Assembly: GCA_005889295.1 (NCBI GenBank)
Contig: VBEY01000059.1
Location: forward strand, 1-47,774
Direction of reading: 5' to 3'
Length of the DNA stretch: 47,774 bases
Source: Chloroflexota bacterium
GTDB taxonomy: Bacteria > Chloroflexota > Limnocylindria > P2-11E
Shown piece after piece: positions 38,604 to 46,588 of this stretch. The notes below the pieces were generated by a model. The model saw nothing but the letters and a program-made list of their open reading frames with translations. It did not search any database and was not told where the DNA came from. The position numbers and the translations under genes are program-made. The stretch's first letter is position 1. Every line of letters begins with the position of its first letter.

Positions 38604-38697
38604 GAGAGTGCGGGGGCTCCGGTGAGTCCCTCGGTCTTCAAAACCGTTGACGGGGCGTAGAACGTTCCGTGGTGGGTTCGACTCCCATGCACTCTCG
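38604..38697 (+). tRNA. selC: tRNA-Sec (anticodon UCA)
   Basis: 8-bp acceptor stem GAGAGTGC/GCACTCTC, 6-bp D-stem with CGGT loop, anticodon loop CTTCAAA, long variable arm, 5-bp T-stem with TTCGACT loop, G73. Ends CCG, so CCA is not encoded. Confidence 0.95.
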
Positions 38698-38703
38698 CCG
38701 AAC

Positions 38704-40035
38704 GTGACCTCAGAAGACCTCGCCCCCGAGCTCGAGACCGAAGCGCTCGACGAGGCCGCGGCCGCCGAGCCCGGCCGCACCTCGGCGTGGTCGGCGCTCG
38801 AGCACCGCGACTTCCGCCTCTTCTGGATCGGTCTCGTCGTCTCGAACATCGGGACGTGGATGCAGCAGTTCGGCCTCGGCTGGCTGGTGGTCCAGCTCGC
38901 GATCAAGGACGGCGTCCCGCAGCTCGCGCCCTTCTACCTCGGGCTCGTCGGACTATCGCGCGCGCTGCCCGGGCTCGCGTTCGGCCTCTTTGGCGGCGTC
39001 GTCGCGGATCGCGCGGACCGCCGACGCCTCTTGCTTCTCACACAGTCGAGCGCGGCGGTGTCCGCTGCGGTCCTCGCGATTCTCGCGATCTCGAATCAGA
39101 TCAACATCGTCGAGGTCGTTCTGATCAGCGCGCTCAACTCGATCATCTTCTCGTTCGATGCGCCGACGCGGCAGGCGATGGTGCCGCGTCTCGTCTCCGA
39201 CAGACAGCTCATGAGCGCCATCGGACTGAACTCCGCCGCGTTCAACGGCGCGACTCTGGTGGGTCCGCTCGTTGGCGGCGTCCTCATCATCCCTTTCGGG
39301 GTGGGCGGTCTCATGCTCATCAACGCGTTCTCGTACCTTGCGATCGTCGCGGCTCTCTTGCTGATGCGTCCTCAACCGGTGATCGCTTACGGTGCTCGGC
39401 TCTCGCTTCTCGAATCCATCCGGGAGGGCCTCTCGTTCATCCGAGGCGATCCGGTGTTGCGGTGGGTCGTTGCACTGAGCGTCGCGACGGCGCTGTTCAC
39501 GCGGCCGTACATCCAGCTTCTGCCGGCGGAGGCGCAGCTCCTCGGCGTCGGCGCGATCGAATTGTCGTGGCTCCTCGCTGCCTCTGGCGCGGGTGCGCTC
39601 GGCGGTGCGCTCGTGACCGCCTCGCTCGGTGGATGGAAGCACCGCGGCGCACTCCTGGTCGGTGCGGCATTCGCGCACGGCACGCTGCTCATCTTCTTCG
39701 GATTGCAGCACACGGTCGCCGGCGCGCTTGTCTTCGTTGGGCTCACGAGCCTCGCGGTCATGGTCTACCTCGGTATGGCGAACACACTCATGCAGACCCG
39801 AGCGCCTGACGCCCTGCGGGGTCGCGTCATGAGTGTCCAGACGATGGTCTTCATCGGTTTCATGCCGCTCGGGCAGATGCTGCTCGGATCGGTCGGTACG
39901 CTCGTCGGGATCAACAACGCGTTTCTTGTTGGCGGCGTGCTGGTGACCCTGCTTGCCGCATATGCGGCGCTCCGCGTGAGCGCGCTACGTGAGGCCGTAG
40001 CGACAGTCCGACCGGGTCCGGCGACGAGCTCCTAG
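38704..40035 (+). CDS. MFS transporter (MFS_3 / EntS-like)
   Basis: RDFRLFW.G..VSNIGTWMQ, GGVVADRADRRRLL, PTRQA, LRGRVMS; 12 TM helices. Confidence 0.92.
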   Translation: MTSEDLAPELETEALDEAAAAEPGRTSAWSALEHRDFRLFWIGLVVSNIGTWMQQFGLGWLVVQLAIKDGVPQLAPFYLGLVGLSRALPGLAFGLFGGVVADRADRRRLLLLTQSSAAVSAAVLAILAISNQINIVEVVLISALNSIIFSFDAPTRQAMVPRLVSDRQLMSAIGLNSAAFNGATLVGPLVGGVLIIPFGVGGLMLINAFSYLAIVAALLLMRPQPVIAYGARLSLLESIREGLSFIRGDPVLRWVVALSVATALFTRPYIQLLPAEAQLLGVGAIELSWLLAASGAGALGGALVTASLGGWKHRGALLVGAAFAHGTLLIFFGLQHTVAGALVFVGLTSLAVMVYLGMANTLMQTRAPDALRGRVMSVQTMVFIGFMPLGQMLLGSVGTLVGINNAFLVGGVLVTLLAAYAALRVSALREAVATVRPGPATSS

Positions 40036-40250
40036 GTCGGGCGAGGGCGGACGGAAGGGATCTTCGGGACCACGGCTTCGCCACCCTTGCGGCCGACGAG
40101 CTTGCTGAGTCCGAGCCGGTCCGCATAGCAGTGCGCGCAGACCATCGCGTCCCCGACGGTCAACTGGATGTAGGCGTCGGATCCGCAGTCTGCGCAGCGT
40201 CCTGGTGCCGGTCCCTTCATCGAAAGAGGGGGGTGCACGATTACGGCCAT
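40032..40250 (-). CDS. Small CxxC...CxxC zinc-finger protein
   Basis: CADC-x15-CAHC with a basic tail. The start may be ATG 40220. Confidence 0.6.
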   Translation of the reverse strand: MAVIVHPPLSMKGPAPGRCADCGSDAYIQLTVGDAMVCAHCYADRLGLSKLVGRKGGEAVVPKIPSVRPRPT

Positions 40251-40272
40251 TGGATGAGCTCTCGGGGCCCGA

Positions 40273-40301
40273 TTGACAGGGTCTGAGGCGCGGAGTAGGG
40301 T
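40273..40301 (+). promoter_or_regulatory. Sigma70 promoter of the imuA operon
   Basis: TTGACA (40273-78)-N17-TAGGGT (40296-301). Confidence 0.75.
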
Positions 40302-40303
40302 GG

Positions 40304-40319
40304 TAGAACATTCGTTCTA
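40304..40319. promoter_or_regulatory. LexA (SOS) box
   Basis: TAGAAC-ATTC-GTTCTA; GAAC-N4-GTTC consensus, covering the predicted +1. Confidence 0.9.
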
Positions 40320-40382
40320 ACCACCTGGATGTGGCCAGCACAGGGTGAATCGGACGGTTCGCGAACGATCGAGGGGAGCGAC

Positions 40383-41096
40383 GTGGCGGAGAACCGACTG
40401 GCCGGTGCCATCGCGCGCATCGAAGGACGCTTTGGCGTACATGCGCTTGCGCGCGGCGGTACAAGCGAGCGTCATCGCGACGATGTCCTTATCGCAACAA
40501 AATCGTCACTAGATCGTGTCATTGGCGGCGGCCTTGTCCCTGGCGAGCCGGTCGCGTTCATCGGTCCACCGAGCGTTGGAAAGCTTTGCCTCGCCCTCCG
40601 CGCGACCGCATCCGCGCAAGCGCAGGGCGGGATGGCGGCCTGGATCGATCCGACGGCCTCGTTCGATCCGCTTGCCGCACAGCGCGCGAACGTTGATCTC
40701 GAGCGGCTCGTCATCGTGCGCGCGCGTGGCATGGGCGTCGCATTGGCGACGGCCGCGGCGCTGCGCAGCGAGGGATTCCGCCTCGTCGTCGTTGACGTCG
40801 GCGACCCGGCGTTCGGTGGGACGAATGTCGACGACATCGCACCGGCGCTCCCGGCGGTCCGCGGATCGCCCGCCGCCCTTCTCGTTGTAGCGGGTGAGCC
40901 TGGGCGACGCGTCGCGATCCCGACCTTCGTCTTCGAACGCATCGCCTGGGAGCGTCGCTTCGATCGCACCGTGGGGTGGTCATTCGCGGTGGGGCGCGCC
41001 CACACGAACGATCGCGCGCTCTTCTGCGTCACGTCGCTCGAGGGTGCGCTGGCCGACCTCGGCACCCGCGGCGATCTCGCCACGGTCGCGGTTTGA
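40383..41096 (+). CDS. imuA: RecA-like mutasome accessory protein (ImuA-type)
   Basis: IEGRFG, LDRVIGGGL..G, Walker A-like GPPSVGKL, AAWIDP..FDP..A...VDLERL. Truncated relative to RecA. Confidence 0.8.
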   Translation: MAENRLAGAIARIEGRFGVHALARGGTSERHRDDVLIATKSSLDRVIGGGLVPGEPVAFIGPPSVGKLCLALRATASAQAQGGMAAWIDPTASFDPLAAQRANVDLERLVIVRARGMGVALATAAALRSEGFRLVVVDVGDPAFGGTNVDDIAPALPAVRGSPAALLVVAGEPGRRVAIPTFVFERIAWERRFDRTVGWSFAVGRAHTNDRALFCVTSLEGALADLGTRGDLATVAV

Positions 41097-42088
41097 GAGA
41101 TCCGGTCACGCTTGCGATCGTCGCGACCGACGCACCGGAGCTACACGGTCGATTGCTCGCGACGCTCCACGCGGCTCTCCCGCGCGTCGGCGTGCTCGAC
41201 CCGGGCGAATTCGCCTGCGATCTCGCGGGCACCGAAGAGCTCCTCGGTGCGCCGGCTCGGGTCGCGCGGAAAGTGTTGGCGCGCTGCGCGCGGGTCGGCG
41301 CTCAGGCATCGGCGGGAATCGCGCCGACCCCGTTCGTCGCGCGCGTCGTCGCCGCGCGAACGCCACCGGGTGAGGTGCGCTCAGTCGACGATGGCCGCGC
41401 GTTCCTCGCGCCGTTGCCGCTCGACGTGCTGCCAGTCGACGCGAAGGTGCAAGAGGAGCTCCGGCTGCTCGGCCTCCGGACAGTCGGTGAGTTCGCGGAT
41501 CTGCCGCGCGGCTCGGTCTTCGATCGGTTCGGCAGTGCCGTGGCGCGGGCTCACGCGCTCGCGCGGGGCGAGTACGGCGACATGGTCCGCGCGTCGGCCC
41601 CGCCGCGCCGGCTACGTGCTCGGCGTTCGTGGGATGACGCGATCGGGTCGCGCGAACAGCTCGTCTTTGCGCTGCGCGTCGTGGTTGACGAGATCTCCGC
41701 GGCGCTCGCGCGAGACGGCTTCGCCGCGCTGCGGCTCGAGCTGCGCCTGGATCGCGAGGACGCCGGACCGCTCCGCATCGAGCGCACCGTGCTTCCGCCG
41801 ACCCGCGAAGCCGCCGCGCTTTTGCGCTCGCTTCGCTGGGCGCTCGAGGAACGCGAGGAGCTTGGCCTCGTGACCGGCTGTGCGCTCGAGGTGCCTGAGG
41901 TCGAGGCCGCGCGCGGCCGGCAGATCGGGCTCTTCGCGCCCGACGGCGCCCGCAGGGAGGAGGCGATCGCGACCGCGCGCTATCTGCGGGCGAAGCTCGG
42001 CAGAGGCGCGGTGCTGCGGGCGCGCGTCGCGGACGAAGGCGCGCGCCTACCTGAGCGCGCGACGGAATGGGTGGAGGTGATCGCGTGA
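41093..42088 (+). CDS. imuB: Inactive Y-family polymerase-like ImuB
   Basis: GIAPTPFVAR, FLAPLPLDVL, LGLRTVGEFADLP...RFG, QIGLF clamp-binding motif. Catalytic acidic motifs are not recognisable. Confidence 0.85.
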   Translation: MRDPVTLAIVATDAPELHGRLLATLHAALPRVGVLDPGEFACDLAGTEELLGAPARVARKVLARCARVGAQASAGIAPTPFVARVVAARTPPGEVRSVDDGRAFLAPLPLDVLPVDAKVQEELRLLGLRTVGEFADLPRGSVFDRFGSAVARAHALARGEYGDMVRASAPPRRLRARRSWDDAIGSREQLVFALRVVVDEISAALARDGFAALRLELRLDREDAGPLRIERTVLPPTREAAALLRSLRWALEEREELGLVTGCALEVPEVEAARGRQIGLFAPDGARREEAIATARYLRAKLGRGAVLRARVADEGARLPERATEWVEVIA

Positions 42089-42333
42089 GGCTGTTTGCCG
42101 AACCGCTGCCTGCCAAGCTGATCTGGGACGAGGGTGAGCTGGTTGCGCTCGTCGTTGCCGGCCACCGCCACACCGTCGTCGAACAGCTGCGCCGTTGGCG
42201 CGTGGAAGCCGACTGGTGGAAGGAGGGGGTTTCCCGGGACTACGTAACCCTGCGGACCGCCGACGGTTTGGTGTGCGATGTCTACGGAGACCGGCGCATG
42301 GGCTCCTGGTGGCTGCAGCGTGTGATCGATTAG
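42085..42333 (+). CDS. DUF6504-like protein (detached ImuB C-terminal domain)
   Basis: WRVEADWW...RDY...DVY.D...W.L.RV.D. Confidence 0.8.
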   Translation: MRLFAEPLPAKLIWDEGELVALVVAGHRHTVVEQLRRWRVEADWWKEGVSRDYVTLRTADGLVCDVYGDRRMGSWWLQRVID

Positions 42334-42398
42334 CCCGAACGGGGTAGGACTACCAGTCAATTGCCCTGAGCAGCCGGTCAAGCGAGCCTTCGCAGAAC

Positions 42399-44300
42399 AT
42401 GCGTCGGCTTACGGGGCTCGTCCTGGTGGGGGTGCTCGCGTTCACGTTCGTCGGATCTCCGGCGAGTCGTGCCGCGACCGTCGCCTCGAGCTGGCCCGTT
42501 GGCCCACAGCCGTTTGGACTCGCCGTCGACGAACAAACGGGCAAGGTCTACGTCGCGAACAGCGGAGGCGCCGCGCCGGACGGCAGCGGTCGCATCTCGG
42601 TCGTCGACCCGGCCACCGGCTCGGTCGACACAATCCGGACCAGCCTGACCCCGAACCTCGTCCTTGTCGACTCCGTCGGGCGACGCCTCTATTCATCGAA
42701 CGCCAATCTCAACACGAACGCTCGGTCCCTGGACGTCTTCGATCTCGACACGCGCGCGAGCGTGGCAAACCTTCCGGTCGGCGGCTTCGGGATGGCGCTC
42801 GATCGGGCGGCAGGCCGTCTCTATGTCTGCGAGTCGGGGTCTTTGAAGGTCATCGACACAACGACGTTGGCGGTGGTGGCCAGCGCGACGGCACCGGCGT
42901 CGACCTGGTGGTTCAGCGTCGCCGCCGACCCGGACCGTCATCACCTCTATGTGACCAACATCCGAGAGACGTCACCGACGTTCTTCGTTTTGGACGACAG
43001 GGACCTGACGACGCTCGCCGAGATTCCGTTTGCCACCGCGACGCGCTTCGCGGTCACGGTGGATCCGGTCACTCACTTCGTCTTCGTTGCCGGAGGCCAA
43101 TGGGATGGGCAGGCCATGGCTTCGGCCCTATCCGTCATCGATCCGGACACACTCAATGTCACACAGCGGACCTCGCTGCCGGGCTTCGCGGTCGGCATCG
43201 CCCTCGCACCGTCGAGGCACCGGATTTACGTCTCCGACAACACCGGCTATCGCCTGTACGGGATCGACGACACGACCCTCGGGATCGCGGAAACGATGCG
43301 GCTGGAATTTCCTCCGGGTGAATTGCTCATGCACCCGGACCGTCGACTCTACGTCGGCAATCACAACACCAGTTCGCAGAGCGCCAGCACGCTCGCCGCG
43401 CTCGACCTCAACAACCACGCTCCGGTCTTCCTGAGTCTGAGCCTGACGCCCTCGATCGCGTTCACCGGCGACACGCTCCGGGCGGACGCACGCGCATACG
43501 ACCCCGACCTCGCGCCTACGATCGCGGGCAACCCGGTCAGCTACACATACGAGTGGTCGCGCAACGGGAACGTGCTCCCGGGTGCTGGCAGCCCGAGCCT
43601 CGACCTATCTGTCCCAGGCACCGGCGATCGCGGCGACACGATCAGCGTGCGCGTGACGGCGAGCGACGGGGAGCTCGTGAGCGTCGCGAGCACGTCCGTC
43701 GTCATCACCGACAGCGCGCCGACCGCGGCGGTCAGCCTCAGTGACAGCGCCCCCGCAACGAAGGCGGTCTTGAGCGCGCGGGCTGTCGCGAGCGACGCCG
43801 ACAACGATCCGGTGACCTACCGGTTCGTCTGGAAGGTGAACGGTGTCGTGCGCCAGACAACACCTGGCCCGAACGACTCCGACAGCTTCGACCTTGCTGT
43901 GGTAGGGAACGGCGATCACGGAGACCGTGTGGTCGTCGAGCTCGTGGCCTCCGATGGCACGCTCCAGAGCGGCGTCGCATCCGACGCAGCGACCGTTGTC
44001 AACACGGCGCCGACGGTCGCGGTCTCGCTGAGTACGACCACACCGACGTCGAAGAGCGTTCTCATTGCGACGGTCGTCGGCCAGGATCTCGACAGCGACG
44101 GCCTCACGTACGTCTACACATGGCGGCTGAACGGTGTCGTCATGCGAACGGTAACGACGACGTCGACGACGGACCGCTACGACCTGTCGGTCAGAGGCAA
44201 CGGCGACAAGGGCGACATCGTCAGCGTGATGGTCACCGCGACCGACGGGTCATTGACCTCCCCGAGCGCGAGCATCAGCGCGATGGTCCGCAGCCACTAG
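42399..44300 (+). CDS. Secreted YncE/YVTN-like beta-propeller with three Ig/cadherin-like repeats
   Basis: Signal peptide, P.GLAVD...KVYVAN blades, three ~95-aa repeats with (N/D)xAP, DxD, W..NG, GD.GD and A(S/T)DG. Confidence 0.85.
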   Translation: MRRLTGLVLVGVLAFTFVGSPASRAATVASSWPVGPQPFGLAVDEQTGKVYVANSGGAAPDGSGRISVVDPATGSVDTIRTSLTPNLVLVDSVGRRLYSSNANLNTNARSLDVFDLDTRASVANLPVGGFGMALDRAAGRLYVCESGSLKVIDTTTLAVVASATAPASTWWFSVAADPDRHHLYVTNIRETSPTFFVLDDRDLTTLAEIPFATATRFAVTVDPVTHFVFVAGGQWDGQAMASALSVIDPDTLNVTQRTSLPGFAVGIALAPSRHRIYVSDNTGYRLYGIDDTTLGIAETMRLEFPPGELLMHPDRRLYVGNHNTSSQSASTLAALDLNNHAPVFLSLSLTPSIAFTGDTLRADARAYDPDLAPTIAGNPVSYTYEWSRNGNVLPGAGSPSLDLSVPGTGDRGDTISVRVTASDGELVSVASTSVVITDSAPTAAVSLSDSAPATKAVLSARAVASDADNDPVTYRFVWKVNGVVRQTTPGPNDSDSFDLAVVGNGDHGDRVVVELVASDGTLQSGVASDAATVVNTAPTVAVSLSTTTPTSKSVLIATVVGQDLDSDGLTYVYTWRLNGVVMRTVTTTSTTDRYDLSVRGNGDKGDIVSVMVTATDGSLTSPSASISAMVRSH

Positions 44301-44302
44301 GT

Positions 44303-46198
44303 CTACTCCGCGCTGGTCGCCGCCCGAACCGTCGAATCGTTGGCGATCGGGACAGCCGTCCGTGGGGCGTTCAGCAGGGACGCCAGGAAGCTCGCGTAGC
44401 TCGTGAGCGCCTCGAGGTGGCCGGCTCCGTAGAAATTCTTGCGGCCCGCGAGAATCGCGATTACGCCGGTCGGGGTATCGCCGCGTCCGGCCACCGGCGC
44501 GACGATGCAGCTTCGGCTGCCGGGCAGCGAGACGCCGATCGGGCGAGCTTCGAGATCGGCGACGATCGATGCGCGGTTCTCGTTCGCCGCGGCCGCGACG
44601 GCGCCGGCGATCTCGCGATGCCCGATGACCTCGTCCGGGACGCCCGAGCCGGCGACGAGCTCGAGGCCACCCCCTGGGATGGCCACGTAGATGAGGGCGG
44701 TGTCGCCAGGAACGATTTCGAGCGCGGCATCGGCGAGGAATCCGAGTGTCCGCGGACCGAGTCCGGGCGCGAGCGCGAGGGCCGCCTCAGCCAGCGCGCC
44801 GACAAGGCGCGCCCGCGGTACGAGCCGGCCGCGAAGGAGGCGCATCGCTCCGAACCCCGCACCGATCCCGACGAGCGCCACGACCCCGATGCCGTTTCCA
44901 CCGATGCGAAGAACAGGCTCGCCGATCGTATGGTCGGTGCCGCTCCAGAGCGCCGCGGTCACGATCGCTGATAGGAGTGCCGTCCCGATGCCCACCTCGG
45001 GTCCGAAGAGGGCACCGCCGATGGCGACCGGCACCATCGCCAGAACGGACGCCGACGCTCCCAGGGCCGGTTCCGCCAGCAGGAAGGCGCCGGTGTAGCT
45101 GACCAGAAGGATGCCGATCGCGGCGATGGCTTGCCGGCGCCGCGCGACAGCACCCCAGGGTCCATCGGGGACGTTGCGCGCGGTGAGGATCACCGCCGAA
45201 CGCGGTGGGATCGGCTTCGACGGCGGCCCGGCGCGGCGCAGTTCCGCGAGAAGTGAGCCCAGAGGTGTGTCCTTCGTCAAGAAGGATGCCGCGCCCGCGG
45301 CGAGGGCCGCTTCCCGGACCGTGTCGTCGAGCGTGAACATCACCACCCGGGTGTCCGGCAGGCTCGTGTGGATCGTGCGCAAGACTTCGATGCCGGTGAG
45401 TCGAGGCATGTCGTTGTCCAGCACGACGAGGTCGGGTCGGGTCTCGCGGATCATGCGGAGCGCCTCCGCTCCGTCGGCGGCCGCACCGACCAATGAGAAA
45501 TCGCCTTCGGCCGCGAGGGCCTCGCGCAGCCCATCGCGAACGCTCGCGTTGTCGTCGGCGATCAGCACGCGTCGAACCACGCCGGAGCGAGGCGCGGTCA
45601 TCGTCGCCACGCGCATCCGCCGCTGACGATCGACGGCGCGCTCGACATCGTCCGAGCTCGTGAGCCCGAGCTCCACGAGGATCTCGCCGAGCGGGACCCT
45701 CCTCCCCTGGCGGAGGTTTTGCTCGGCAAGAGCCCGCTCGAGCTGCGCCGGTCGGATGGCTCCCGCTTCGATCAGGTAGATCCCGATCCCCGGATCGCGA
45801 TCGGATCCATGGCGCAACAGCTGGAGGAGGTCAGCGAGGTCCAGCGGACCGAATGGCTTCACGATGAAAGCGGAGGCTCCGACTGCGCTGGCAAAGGCTC
45901 GTCCCTCAGGATCATCACGTGCCGTGAAGAGGACGACGCGGACATCTCGCGTCTCCTCCGCCGCTTTGAGCTCACGGCAGACCGAGTAGCCGTCGCGACG
46001 GTGGCCTTCGAAGGTGACATCCAGGAGAAGGACCTCTGGACGGTGACTCCTGACGAGCGCGAGGCACTGGTCTGGCGTCGCTGCTTCGATGACCTTCCAG
46101 CCCTGGGCGGTGAGGGTCACTCGAGCGAGAGCCCGGAGCGCGGGATCGTCGTCGGCGACGACGACGGTGGGTTCGCGCTCAGTTCGGCCCTCGGCCAC
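44303..46198 (-). CDS. Multidomain response regulator: REC - MshEN-like - REC - TM bundle - GAF
   Basis: Two REC domains with DD/D/T/K residues; IG.YLIEAG.I...QLERAL.EQ...LGEILVELG; TM helices; C-terminal GAF (SCIVAPV...GVIAI). Confidence 0.8.
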   Translation of the reverse strand: MAEGRTEREPTVVVADDDPALRALARVTLTAQGWKVIEAATPDQCLALVRSHRPEVLLLDVTFEGHRRDGYSVCRELKAAEETRDVRVVLFTARDDPEGRAFASAVGASAFIVKPFGPLDLADLLQLLRHGSDRDPGIGIYLIEAGAIRPAQLERALAEQNLRQGRRVPLGEILVELGLTSSDDVERAVDRQRRMRVATMTAPRSGVVRRVLIADDNASVRDGLREALAAEGDFSLVGAAADGAEALRMIRETRPDLVVLDNDMPRLTGIEVLRTIHTSLPDTRVVMFTLDDTVREAALAAGAASFLTKDTPLGSLLAELRRAGPPSKPIPPRSAVILTARNVPDGPWGAVARRRQAIAAIGILLVSYTGAFLLAEPALGASASVLAMVPVAIGGALFGPEVGIGTALLSAIVTAALWSGTDHTIGEPVLRIGGNGIGVVALVGIGAGFGAMRLLRGRLVPRARLVGALAEAALALAPGLGPRTLGFLADAALEIVPGDTALIYVAIPGGGLELVAGSGVPDEVIGHREIAGAVAAAANENRASIVADLEARPIGVSLPGSRSCIVAPVAGRGDTPTGVIAILAGRKNFYGAGHLEALTSYASFLASLLNAPRTAVPIANDSTVRAATSAE

Positions 46199-46240
46199 GC
46201 GGCGACTGTCAGCCCTACTGAGCCAGGAGGCAAGTAGAAC

Positions 46241-46450
46241 TTACGAAGCCCGATTCAGGAGCCCGTTGCGCCGCTCTAGCGACTCGAGATCGCCCTCGTG
46301 GGGGAGCCGCTCTGCTCCGCCGGCCTGTTTTCTATGACGAGTGGGCGTTCTTAGGGCCCTTGCCTTCCTCATCGCGGCCGCCGGAATGGCGATCGTCGAA
46401 TCCGTGCGATCGGTTCCGGCGAACGACGACGATGACGTCGGCCTTTTCAT
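46241..46450 (-). CDS. Small basic hypothetical protein
   Basis: 69-aa ORF filling the intergenic gap; no motif recognised. Confidence 0.3.
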   Translation of the reverse strand: MKRPTSSSSFAGTDRTDSTIAIPAAAMRKARALRTPTRHRKQAGGAERLPHEGDLESLERRNGLLNRAS

Positions 46451-46538
46451 TGGATCGGCCCGTCCGCTCGCCGCTAAGGTCCGAGTCCGTCGACCTGGTC
46501 GCTGACGCGATCGCTCCCATAAGCGGGCTCAGCTAGTC

Positions 46539-46554
46539 TAGAACAGACGTTCTA
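46539..46554. promoter_or_regulatory. LexA (SOS) box upstream of dnaE2
   Basis: TAGAAC-AGAC-GTTCTA, abutting a TAGTCT -10 candidate (46534-39). Confidence 0.9.
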
Positions 46555-46588
46555 TTACGCTCTCGGCCAGGGAGCGTGGGGAGCCCGG

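Noticed and set aside
38604-38697. selC*-type tRNA-Cys paired with an anticodon-domain-less CysRS
   Set aside because: The tRNA has an 8/5 fold, UCA anticodon and G73, as in ordinary tRNA-Sec. CysRS needs U73.
36469-38697. Functional link between dpaL and selenium metabolism
   Set aside because: Only proximity to selC supports it; no selenium-dependent molybdenum hydroxylase genes are in the window.
38647-38703. N-terminal extension of the MFS ORF from TTG 38647
   Set aside because: It lies inside the tRNA-Sec gene; GTG 38704 is the more plausible start.
34800-40035. Genomic island integrated at selC
   Set aside because: No integrase, and I saw no duplicate of the tRNA 3' end in the window.
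46235-46250. Third LexA box (TAGAAC-TTAC-GAAGCC)
   Set aside because: The right half-site GTTC is absent.
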